Positions 31,329 to 40,253 of a stretch of 64,000 bases of DNA are shown piece after piece. A model generated the notes under the pieces. It had not been told where the DNA came from and made no database searches. It saw only the letters and a program-made list of their open reading frames with translations. The stretch comes from Candidatus Latescibacterota bacterium. Its GTDB lineage: Bacteria; Latescibacterota; UBA2968; UBA8231. The position numbers were made by a program, and so were the translations under genes. The stretch spans positions 5,216,001-5,280,000 of the forward strand of contig OZ244561.1 in assembly GCA_965217585.1 (NCBI GenBank), read 5' to 3'. Position 1 is the first letter of the stretch. Every line of letters starts with the position of its first letter.

Positions 31329-32744
31329 ATGAGTGAGGTGCGGCGTTATCCCGCGCTCAGCGAGGACATGCAGGCGCGCGGTTTGAGGGCTATGCTGCGG
31401 ATCTTTGGCCCGGGTGCCATCATCGCCTCGGTGACGATCGGCAGCGGCGAGACGGTCTTCGCCTCGCGGGGCGGAGCGGTATTCGGCTACGGACTGCTGT
31501 GGTGCTTTATCGGCGGCGGCTTGATGAAGTTCGTCCAAGTCTATACGGCGGCGCGCTACATGACCCTAACAGGGGAGCATCCGCTCGAACGCTGGAAGTT
31601 TTTGCCTGGGCCGCAGGGCTGGGCGGTGTGGGTTATGGCGGTGCTGACCGTGCTTTGTTTTCCGCTCTGGCTGTCGGGTTTGCCCAAGATGCTCGGCGGG
31701 CTGACGGTGTGGATCTTGGGCTGTGAGGGGCTGGCTATATGGGGCGATCCCCGCGTGTGGGGCACGGCCTTTGTCGCTTTGGCCATCGCCATTACTATGG
31801 TCCAGAGCTATGGCGCACTGGAGAAATTTCAGACGGTGGTCGTCGGCGTCCTGCTGCTCTCGATCTTGACGGCCGCCGCGGCCGCGCAGCCCGACTGGCT
31901 GGCGGTGCTGATAGGTTCGGTCGTGCCGACCATGCCTGCTTATGATCCTTGGCTGATTAGCAAGTATCCGGCGGTGGCGGCGCGCTCGGCCTGGGTGGAG
32001 TTGGGCACCTACTTAGGTGCAATCGGCGGCGGCACGCAGGACTACTTCGGCTACATCGGCATGTTGCGGGAGAAGGCTTGGGGCCTGCTGGGCCGCAAAG
32101 TGGAGGCCGCCGAGGAGGGCGTGGCCATCGCGCCCGACGATGAAAATATCGCCCGGGGCAGAGCGTGGCTGCGGGGTCCATTGGTGGACTCGGGGGTATC
32201 CTTTGCCTGCGTGGTGATTTTTACCATGGCCTTTGTGGTGCTCGGCGCGGCCGTGCTCCGTCCCCAGCACATCGTGCCAGAGGGAATGCAGCTACTCTCG
32301 GTGCAGGCCGATTTCCTCACGATCCTGCATCCGGCCTTGGTCTATCTGTACCAATTCGGCGTGTTCACCGCGTTTTTTGGCACCATCATGGCCGCGTACG
32401 AGCTCTATACGCGCACTACCTACGAGTGCCTCCGGCCCATCGTCCGGCGGGTGCGCGAGGTGCCCGTCGCCCGGCTGCGGCCGTGGGTAGTGGCCTACTG
32501 CGGTGTTGGTGGCGTCGCCATTATGTGGCTGGGCGGCAACCCGGTGGCGATCGTGACGCCAGCGGCGATCTTCGGTGGGGTGCTCACCTGCGGGCTGTGG
32601 TGCTTACTGATGGTATGGACCGACTACCGCTTCCTGCCGGTACCGCTGCGCATGGGATGGCCGCTGCGGGCGCTCAATTTGGTTAGCGGCGTCTTCCTCA
32701 CGGTCTGGGGCCTTCGCGGTGCCTTCGACTTCTTCGCGGGTTGA
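31329..32744 (+). CDS. Nramp-like (APC superfamily) membrane transporter
   Basis: GPGAIIASVTIGSGE...GA.FGYGLLW, many TM helices. Confidence 0.8.
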   Translation: MSEVRRYPALSEDMQARGLRAMLRIFGPGAIIASVTIGSGETVFASRGGAVFGYGLLWCFIGGGLMKFVQVYTAARYMTLTGEHPLERWKFLPGPQGWAVWVMAVLTVLCFPLWLSGLPKMLGGLTVWILGCEGLAIWGDPRVWGTAFVALAIAITMVQSYGALEKFQTVVVGVLLLSILTAAAAAQPDWLAVLIGSVVPTMPAYDPWLISKYPAVAARSAWVELGTYLGAIGGGTQDYFGYIGMLREKAWGLLGRKVEAAEEGVAIAPDDENIARGRAWLRGPLVDSGVSFACVVIFTMAFVVLGAAVLRPQHIVPEGMQLLSVQADFLTILHPALVYLYQFGVFTAFFGTIMAAYELYTRTTYECLRPIVRRVREVPVARLRPWVVAYCGVGGVAIMWLGGNPVAIVTPAAIFGGVLTCGLWCLLMVWTDYRFLPVPLRMGWPLRALNLVSGVFLTVWGLRGAFDFFAG

Positions 32745-32750
32745 AGCAGC

Positions 32751-33887
32751 TTGCGCGTCTCCGACGACATCTGGACGCAGGTCGAAGCTGTGTTGCACAG
32801 CGGCACTCGGCTGGCGCTGGCGACTACCGGTGGGGGCAGCGAACTCATTAGCTGGCTCTTGAATCACCCTGGGGCCTCGCGCGCGATCATCGAAGCCCAA
32901 GTGCCCTATAGCGAGCGAGCGCTAGCGGCGTATCTGGCCTCGGCGGGGCCGCATGGGGCAAACGAGCAAACGGCGCGGGATATGGCGGGGCGGGCCTTTG
33001 TGCGGGCCGCTTCCTTTGCCGAGCCGGGGCCGGGCTATATCGGCGTGGGCTGCAGTGCGGCCTTGGCGACGAGCAGGCCGCGGCGCGGCGCGGATCGGGG
33101 CTGCCTCGCGCTGCGCTTGGAGTGCGCCTATCGCTTGTACACTCTGCGCTTTGACAAGGGCGCAGCCGACCGCTTGGAGCAAGAGGAGGTCTTGAGCCGC
33201 TTGGCTTTGGAGGCCATAGTGGAGGCCTGCGGTGGCCCGGTCGCCGGTGCATCGCTGCCGGACTACGCGCATCTTGCGCGGCGCGAGTTGGCGTTGGACG
33301 ATCCGCTGGGCTTGCTGTTTGCGGGCGAGTTGGACGTCGTCGAAATGCGTCCCGATGGGGCGATTTGCCCGGAGGTCGAGCGTGGGGAGCGCCTGCTCTT
33401 GTCCGGGTCCTTCAACCCGCTGCACGAGGGACACGAGCAACTCGCGGCTGCGGCGGGACAGCTAAGTGGTCGGCGGCCGAGCTTGGAACTGTCCATCGAA
33501 AATGTCGATAAGCCGCCCCTGCAAAGGAGCGAGGTCGAGCAGCGCTTGGCGCAGGTGCGCGGTCGCTTTCCTGTGGTGATGACGCGGTCGCCGACCTTTT
33601 TGCAGAAGGCTCGGCTCTTTGGCGGTTGCCATTTTGCGCTGGGGTACGATACGGCTGTGCGGCTTTTGCAGGGCCAATATTATGATAAAGGGGAGCGGGG
33701 CTTGGCGGCGGCGCTGGCGGAATTTGCCGCGGGGGGCTGTCGCTTTTGGGTGGCCGGACGGGTGGAGGGAGATGCGTACCGCACCTTAGCGGATATAGAT
33801 ATACCCACAAAGTATGTGGACCTTTTCGCGCCGGTGCCCTTTAGGATGGATATCAGTTCTACGGAACTCCGCGCTCGGAAGGCTTAG
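32751..33887 (+). CDS. CinA/PncC-like domain fused to HxGH nucleotidyltransferase (NMNAT-like)
   Basis: TGGG...PGAS...PYS; GSFNPLHEGH; DISSTELR. Confidence 0.8.
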   Translation: MRVSDDIWTQVEAVLHSGTRLALATTGGGSELISWLLNHPGASRAIIEAQVPYSERALAAYLASAGPHGANEQTARDMAGRAFVRAASFAEPGPGYIGVGCSAALATSRPRRGADRGCLALRLECAYRLYTLRFDKGAADRLEQEEVLSRLALEAIVEACGGPVAGASLPDYAHLARRELALDDPLGLLFAGELDVVEMRPDGAICPEVERGERLLLSGSFNPLHEGHEQLAAAAGQLSGRRPSLELSIENVDKPPLQRSEVEQRLAQVRGRFPVVMTRSPTFLQKARLFGGCHFALGYDTAVRLLQGQYYDKGERGLAAALAEFAAGGCRFWVAGRVEGDAYRTLADIDIPTKYVDLFAPVPFRMDISSTELRARKA

Positions 33888-33891
33888 GAAG

Positions 33892-34191
33892 ATGGCCGAA
33901 GAAAAATGGGAAGAGCCTGAAGCGGTGGAAGTGCCCATCGACGGCACGCTGGACCTGCACACCTTCCATCCGCGCGACCTCAAAGAGTTGTTGCCCGACT
34001 ATTTGGATGCCTGTCGCCAAGCGGGCATTTTGCAGGTGCGCGTCATCCACGGCAAGGGCACGGGCCAGTTGCGACGCTCGGTACACGCCATTTTGGGCCG
34101 CTTGCCCGAAGTGGAAACGTTCCGCTTGGCTGGCGAAGGTGGTGGTGGCTGGGGGGCTACTTTGGTCTGGTTGGTGCCGCTCGACGTTTGA
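33892..34191 (+). CDS. Smr/MutS2-domain small protein
   Basis: LDLHTF, VIHGKGTGQLR, GGWGAT. Confidence 0.9.
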   Translation: MAEEKWEEPEAVEVPIDGTLDLHTFHPRDLKELLPDYLDACRQAGILQVRVIHGKGTGQLRRSVHAILGRLPEVETFRLAGEGGGGWGATLVWLVPLDV

Positions 34192-34244
34192 CTATAGAAG
34201 GAGCGTCGCGGCAGGACGGACAGCTAACGGCCCTTAGGTTCTTC

Positions 34245-34273
34245 TTGATTCATCTTATATACATGTATATAGT
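34245..34273 (+). promoter_or_regulatory. Promoter with overlapping 16-bp palindromic operator
   Basis: TTGATT-17 nt-TATAGT; TATATACATGTATATA at 34256-34271. Confidence 0.6.
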
Positions 34274-34383
34274 TTATCACGACTTACTAACGAATATCAC
34301 GCTTCAGAGGCAGCCTTCGGTACACTATTCAGAGGTGCGCAAGGCTGGAATCTCGACTGTCTATTAAAGAGCCGATCCTCGCT

Positions 34384-36402
34384 ATGACACATCGTCTCAT
34401 CGGTTCCCTTCTCAAACTGCCGCAGTCGTTACAGATAGTCCTTCCTTTGCCAATTCTCCTTCTGCTGCTGTCCGTGTGTCCAACCAGCGCGCAGGATGTT
34501 TTTACGGTCGGCGGCGACGAACGTTCTTGGCTCAATTCTGGCACAACACCTGGGGGCGTGATCGATTTTGTCGAGCAATTGGGAACTATCGAGGACGCCA
34601 ACGGCGAAAAAGTGTTCGCCGTTGGTTTGGATTCCCTGCAAAACTGGATCATGCCGCTGCGCTTGCGCTCTGATTTCAACATTTCGCTCGGTGTTCTCGA
34701 GCGGGGGGGCACTGTAGATATTCCGGGACTGGATGCCAGCCAGAAAAATCCAGAGCAATTGGAGGGCATGCTCAATGGCGACCACCGAGTGGCTTTTGAT
34801 CGCAAGTTCGTGGCCGGCCGCATCGTGCGCAACAACGGCGTCACCATTCGCATTGACCTCGGTGCGCGCTTCGGAGTGGACCGAATTGTGTTCTATCCGA
34901 GGATGACGGCGTCGTTTCCCTTTGGGAACGAATTCATGCGGGGATATGAGTTGTTCCTCAACGACGGTTTGCCGCAAAACCTCTTTGCCAGTGGGCAACC
35001 CATTTTTACCTCGCCGGTGCGGCGCGATCCAGACAACCGCGAGGCCAGAGTGGACGCACAGATCAACCCCCAATTTGTCCGCTTTCTGCAGCTCAAGTCG
35101 ATTTCCACCCTAGGATTTGAAATTGACGAGATAGAGGTGTACGGCAGGGGGTTCGTACCGACGGCCAGCTATGTGTCCAATGTGCTAGATCTGGGCGAGG
35201 AGGTAGTCTGGGGGCGAATCGCTTGGAGCGAAGTGGCCGCGGGCAATAGCGCGGATTCCAAAATAGAAATCCGCGTACGTAGCGGGCGGGATACGACGCC
35301 AGATGTCTTTTTCCGCAATGCCAATGTAGGTGGTCGGCAACCCGAATATGTGTCCACCGATAGCGAGGGCAATAAGCTGACAGAAGAAACCTTCGAAAAA
35401 CTGGCGAAGAACCAGCAGGGGCCTATCAAATCCGACACCGACAACGGCTGGGTCCAGTGGCAAGTGGTCGACAATGGTAGCCCTCTGACGGTGCCGGCAC
35501 CACGGCGCTACTTCCAGTTCCGCATCGACTTCACCAATCTGAGCCTGGATGCTAGTCGCGCTGTCGCCGACTTGGGCTTCCAGTTCGCACGCCCCCCAGT
35601 TGACCGCATCGTCGCCGAGGTGGGACCACCGCGGACCGAGGTCGGCAAACAGACGACTTTTACGTACTTCGCCCGCATCACCAATACTACGGGCCGGCCG
35701 GGATTCACCCGCTTTGAAATCGAAACCCCGGCTCGCATCGCGGCCATCCATTCGGTGGAGATCCAAGATAGGGCGGGCAATCGCCTAGATGGAGCCGAGT
35801 TCAGCAGCGATCTGGCCGGTGTGTCTTTGCCCCTGCGCGTCGGATCGTTCTCCATTGAGGCGGTGGAGAACGACCACTTTGCCCTAAGCTTACCCTTGGT
35901 TGACGCCGATGGCACTCTTTTGAAGATTGTCTTTGATGCAGCCGTTTTCCGCTATGGTACGCGTTTCCAAGGGCGGGCTTTTGCCGATGCCAGCGTACAA
36001 GTGCCGCTGCAGACCGAAGGCGGGGATGCTTCAGCCGAACAGGATACCGACGAGTTGCTGGTGCGAATTCCCGTGGGCTCGCAGGTGGCTGGTCCGCTGG
36101 CAATCCAGCCGCGGACCTTCACCCCCAACGGAGATGGGGCCAATGACGTGGCGGAAATAAGCTATGCGGTTCTGCACCTGCTCGAACCATCGCCGAGCGA
36201 GGTAAATATCTACGACTTGACTGGTGGCCGCGTGCGGCGGCTCAACGCTGCCGAGGTCCAAAACGGCCGTATCCAGCTACAGTGGGACGGTCGTGGCGAC
36301 GACGATCGCCTAGTACCGCCGGGCATCTACTTGGCGGTAGTGGAAATTCGCTCCGACCGGGAGACCGAGCGGCGGTCCAGCAGTGTGTCCGTGGTATACT
36401 AG
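34384..36402 (+). CDS. Secreted protein, discoidin-like domain plus C-terminal PNGDG/FlgD-Ig sorting domain (paralogue 1)
   Basis: Signal peptide; IDLGARFGVDRI, EIEVYG; FTPNGDGAND, IYDLTG..VR.L, WDGRGD....PPG.Y; ends VVY. Confidence 0.8.
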   Translation: MTHRLIGSLLKLPQSLQIVLPLPILLLLLSVCPTSAQDVFTVGGDERSWLNSGTTPGGVIDFVEQLGTIEDANGEKVFAVGLDSLQNWIMPLRLRSDFNISLGVLERGGTVDIPGLDASQKNPEQLEGMLNGDHRVAFDRKFVAGRIVRNNGVTIRIDLGARFGVDRIVFYPRMTASFPFGNEFMRGYELFLNDGLPQNLFASGQPIFTSPVRRDPDNREARVDAQINPQFVRFLQLKSISTLGFEIDEIEVYGRGFVPTASYVSNVLDLGEEVVWGRIAWSEVAAGNSADSKIEIRVRSGRDTTPDVFFRNANVGGRQPEYVSTDSEGNKLTEETFEKLAKNQQGPIKSDTDNGWVQWQVVDNGSPLTVPAPRRYFQFRIDFTNLSLDASRAVADLGFQFARPPVDRIVAEVGPPRTEVGKQTTFTYFARITNTTGRPGFTRFEIETPARIAAIHSVEIQDRAGNRLDGAEFSSDLAGVSLPLRVGSFSIEAVENDHFALSLPLVDADGTLLKIVFDAAVFRYGTRFQGRAFADASVQVPLQTEGGDASAEQDTDELLVRIPVGSQVAGPLAIQPRTFTPNGDGANDVAEISYAVLHLLEPSPSEVNIYDLTGGRVRRLNAAEVQNGRIQLQWDGRGDDDRLVPPGIYLAVVEIRSDRETERRSSSVSVVY

Positions 36403-36428
36403 GGGCTAGCCAAGTGAGGAGGGGGATT

Positions 36429-39098
36429 TTGAGCAAGCGCTATCTGATTGTGGTAGGTGCTGTTCTCTGCGCGCTAGGCTGGAGTGCGCCGACTTTGGTT
36501 GGTGCCCAAGCGTACGACTCGCGCATGGGTAGAGTGAAACAGGGTGGGAAGGTGGATTTTTCTCCGCAAGGACCGGGGGTATTATTCGACGCCCTAGATC
36601 CGGCAGTACGCAAATGGTACGTCCCCCAAGAGCTGTATAAGGAGTACCAGTGGAGACAGTGGGAGTACTCCAACTACGCCCGCGAGCCCTATCAGCGCTA
36701 TGTGGACACCGCGTTGGAGGGCGATTTCTTCTACGATTTCTTCGGCAATCTAGTCACCCGAGGCTGGTTGATCTACGATTGGCAGCAAGATCGCCCCCAG
36801 CAATTCGGCAGTAGCATCCTCAAGACCAACAGGTTCAACCAATGGTTCACCCGAGTAGCCGTTTCCTCGGACCACAAGGGCCAATACCACTATAGCATCA
36901 CGATTGGCGATGAGATCCGCACTACTTTGACGCCGATGACTTTTTCTAAACCCACATTCAACGGCATTCAGTGGGACTTTGCTGCCGACAAGTACCAGGG
37001 TACTCTACTACTGGCCCGCCCCAGTCGGCCGGCCGTGGCCACCTCTTTGGATATCCCCGATCAGAAGACCAGCGTCACCAACTTACTGGGTGGGCGAGGT
37101 ATCGTTCAGGTCGGCGACTTCGTCCAGGTCGGGGCGACCTATGTGACCGCCTTCCAAGGTCAGACGCTATTCGACGATTTCACCGGCAACCCTTTTGCGG
37201 GCGGGGCTCTGACCACCGACCAGAATGCGCTACCCATATCCCGCATCATTATCCGGCTGTCGGACGACTCGCCCGCAGACGGGGTGGGCGGGGCGGCCCT
37301 GTTTGACGACGAGATCATCATCGAGGATGTGGACGGCAACATTTTCCGAGGCAGTGCCATAGGATTCGAGCCCATACGCGAAGGGGGGTTCCAACGGGTG
37401 GGGTTTTTAGCTGCGGACGGAGACGAGCGCATTACTCTCACCTACGACTTTACTGACCCTTTGTACACCGGACCCGATCCTACGACTATTGAAAGAGTAT
37501 CCTTTGAATTGGTGATCTCCAACGACTACAAGGTGGAAATCACGTCCGACCGGCAGACCAACCGGGACTCACAGCCCGTTTTCTTGCTGATCGAACGGGC
37601 CCAGAACAATATCCGCGACAACTCCAATCAGCGACTGTTGCAATTCGACTATGGTCTGCCCACGGCCAATACCATCCTTGGCGTTACTTTAGAGTCCAAC
37701 AAGGTTTGGGGTTTTGACTTGTACGGGGAGTACGATTTCAACAATCAGTACCGCCAGTATCCCAACCTCAATCTAAAGGATCATCGCAAGGCGGTTAACG
37801 ACGCCCAGGCATGGATGTTCAACCTGTCCAAGGCGTCCTATCCTTGGTTCGTCTTTCTCGAAGGCTATAGCATGGACGCGGACTATTCTACCCGCACCTT
37901 CCTAGCGGGTACTCGGGGACAGGACGAAATCGATTACGAAGACGAAATATCCTATATCTACGAGTTCGTCGAGGACAACGATGACCAAGACCGCCGGCCG
38001 GACTGGAACCGCTATAGTATGCTGTCGGACAATGCGGTCTTTCCGGGTTTTGACGAGAACAACGATTTCGTCTCGGATTTCAACCAGAACGATACGGAGG
38101 ATCGCCAGAACTTCATTCCCGATTACGAAGAGCCCTTCCTGCGCTATCACGCCGATAGACCCGAATACCTCTTTGGCGTTGACATGAACAACAACGGCTG
38201 GATCGACCGCTTTGAAAACGACGAAGAACCCGATTATCCCTATGGGCGCGACCACCGTGGCTACAATATCTACGCGGGAACCCACATCGGGCCCGAGGCC
38301 CGGCTAACCGTCGGGCGTTTGCGCGAAAAACTGCTGGCGGGGGATCGCAAAAACGAATCCACGTACCTGCTCTTCACCTACGAAAGGGATTTTGCCCAGT
38401 TGGGCCGTTTGCGGGTGTTCGACAACTTCAAACTGGTCGAGGACGACATTCCCGACAACCTCTTCCAGTGGGTGCAGCCGTCTAATTCCCGCGGTACTCA
38501 ACAGCGCGTTTTTGATTTGCTCCCGGCTCGCGACACCTGGGTCAACACTTCCTATGTACAGTTCGATTTCACGCTCGTAGGGAACCTGAATGTAATCAAC
38601 AAATTCAAGACTGAAATCTACAACCAGCGCCGGGATCAGCGCGACCTGCGCGGCACGGCTAGCTTTGTCGGTCTCATCAACAAAGTCGATTACACTTTCC
38701 CAGTGAGAAACATCGAACTTGAACCGCGCTTCAAGAGCGAATTTTTGCGCGAGCGCCCCGTGCGCAAGCGCGACCCGGAGCGCCGCGAGTTGACTGAGAC
38801 GCTTTTTCTTATTGCCCGCATTCCCCTGCTCTCCCATACGCTCATCGAGTTGGGACTAGAACTGTCCCATTTTGAGCAGTTCCGCGACGACGAGGAGGGG
38901 GTGCCGGTCAATCGCGACTTGGAGCCGGATTCTTTCAGTCGCATTGTCGCGGTGCAATTTAATAACTCTTCGGATTACTTGGGCTACAGGCTCCATCTGC
39001 AGACGGGATTTCGCCTGCAGAAGCTGACGTTTGAAAATCTGCCCCCTAGCACGACTAGCAAGATATTCATGACGGCCTATGCAGGGCTGGAACGCTAG
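36429..39098 (+). CDS. Probable outer-membrane beta-rich protein with acidic Ca-binding-like loops
   Basis: TTG start with SD GAGGAG; signal peptide; aromatic alternating strands; DNDDQD, DENNDFVSD, DMNNNGWID motifs. Confidence 0.65.
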   Translation: MSKRYLIVVGAVLCALGWSAPTLVGAQAYDSRMGRVKQGGKVDFSPQGPGVLFDALDPAVRKWYVPQELYKEYQWRQWEYSNYAREPYQRYVDTALEGDFFYDFFGNLVTRGWLIYDWQQDRPQQFGSSILKTNRFNQWFTRVAVSSDHKGQYHYSITIGDEIRTTLTPMTFSKPTFNGIQWDFAADKYQGTLLLARPSRPAVATSLDIPDQKTSVTNLLGGRGIVQVGDFVQVGATYVTAFQGQTLFDDFTGNPFAGGALTTDQNALPISRIIIRLSDDSPADGVGGAALFDDEIIIEDVDGNIFRGSAIGFEPIREGGFQRVGFLAADGDERITLTYDFTDPLYTGPDPTTIERVSFELVISNDYKVEITSDRQTNRDSQPVFLLIERAQNNIRDNSNQRLLQFDYGLPTANTILGVTLESNKVWGFDLYGEYDFNNQYRQYPNLNLKDHRKAVNDAQAWMFNLSKASYPWFVFLEGYSMDADYSTRTFLAGTRGQDEIDYEDEISYIYEFVEDNDDQDRRPDWNRYSMLSDNAVFPGFDENNDFVSDFNQNDTEDRQNFIPDYEEPFLRYHADRPEYLFGVDMNNNGWIDRFENDEEPDYPYGRDHRGYNIYAGTHIGPEARLTVGRLREKLLAGDRKNESTYLLFTYERDFAQLGRLRVFDNFKLVEDDIPDNLFQWVQPSNSRGTQQRVFDLLPARDTWVNTSYVQFDFTLVGNLNVINKFKTEIYNQRRDQRDLRGTASFVGLINKVDYTFPVRNIELEPRFKSEFLRERPVRKRDPERRELTETLFLIARIPLLSHTLIELGLELSHFEQFRDDEEGVPVNRDLEPDSFSRIVAVQFNNSSDYLGYRLHLQTGFRLQKLTFENLPPSTTSKIFMTAYAGLER

Positions 39099-39262
39099 TG
39101 GGTTTGATCTTCGCAAAGTTGAATCAGGTTGAGATTGCAGCGATATAACATGGCGATCTGTTAGCAGCTGAAAGGAGGAAAAAAAACAGTCGTCGTTTCA
39201 GCCCCTATTGGGGTAGCAAAAGACACAATGACTCACTCACTAACTTAAAAAGAGGTGTTGCA

Positions 39263-40135
39263 ATGAAGAGAATTAATGAGACAGCAATTGCTTTACTGGT
39301 CTCGGCCCTCATGGTTGGCGCGGCTTTTGGCCACCAAGGGGAGATGAGGTTCATGTTCCAGTTCCCGGATCACCTGACGCCGGTGCTGGACGGCGATATG
39401 TCGGACTGGGACATTGTAAGCGATGTGTACAAGATCAAAGCCGAAACCATGTTCAACCAGTTCGGCGCGCCCATGGATCTGAGCGACTTCAATGCCTCGC
39501 TCATTTGGGCCTACAACATCAACGACGGCAAGGCCTATTTTTCAGCTTGGATTGCCGACGACTTCATCAACGACACCGAGAAATGGTCCACGACTACAGA
39601 TTGGGACCACTCCGGCGGTATCTTTCGCGGCTTCGACCAAGGGGATGATTTCGAGACCCGCTGGGCCAGTGCCCAAGCCCAACGCTACGATCTGGCTGGC
39701 CCAATTTTCAGCTCTTCCGGTTATTATACCCGGATTATCGATGGCTCCAAAGCTTGGGCGGGCCAGCCCCCTTACGTGGAGTGGGCCGGCAAGTTTCTCC
39801 GCGGCGACGTCAATACCCAAGAGCCAGCTGAAATGTTCGGCGAATACTCCGTTGTGCCCTTTGACGACATCCATCCCGACGGTGCCGACCAGAGTGTTCA
39901 ACACAATTGGGTCGAAGGCACAGTTATCGGTATAGAGGTCAACTGGGGCGACAAGGATGCCGATCCCGGCTCCTACGACGATGCCTATTGGTCTGGTTTC
40001 GGTGGCGTAGGTGCTTCTAGGGATGCCGACCAGTTCGGCGACTATCTGTTGGCACCCATCGAAGAGGGGCTACCCGATGCCGGAGCTACCGCAGTCGAGG
40101 CCAGCACTTGGGGCCAGATCAAGTCCACCTTCTAA
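39263..40135 (+). CDS. Secreted DOMON/CBM9-like protein with AVEASTWGQIK C-terminal motif
   Basis: Signal peptide; P.LDGD.SDW; G..IG.EVNWGDKD; tail TAVEASTWGQIKSTF. Confidence 0.7.
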   Translation: MKRINETAIALLVSALMVGAAFGHQGEMRFMFQFPDHLTPVLDGDMSDWDIVSDVYKIKAETMFNQFGAPMDLSDFNASLIWAYNINDGKAYFSAWIADDFINDTEKWSTTTDWDHSGGIFRGFDQGDDFETRWASAQAQRYDLAGPIFSSSGYYTRIIDGSKAWAGQPPYVEWAGKFLRGDVNTQEPAEMFGEYSVVPFDDIHPDGADQSVQHNWVEGTVIGIEVNWGDKDADPGSYDDAYWSGFGGVGASRDADQFGDYLLAPIEEGLPDAGATAVEASTWGQIKSTF

Positions 40136-40184
40136 TAAGGCCGACTCGACTGCCTGTACCTATAGACGTTGCAGGATAGTTTCA

Positions 40185-40216
40185 GGCGGGATTTACGGGC
40201 GACTGTAAATCCCGCC
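40185..40216 (+). terminator. Intercistronic stem-loop
   Basis: ggcgggatttac-N8-gtaaatcccgcc; weak U tract. Confidence 0.6.
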
Positions 40217-40253
40217 GTTCTCTTAGTTGGCGACCAAGCAAAGGAGGCACTGG

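Noticed and set aside
36282-36428. N-terminal extensions of track ORFs (also 24963-25166, 28056-28355, 47208-47393, 48551-48871, 62327-62566)
   Set aside because: They overlap neighbouring genes; downstream starts fit SD sites and family N-termini better.
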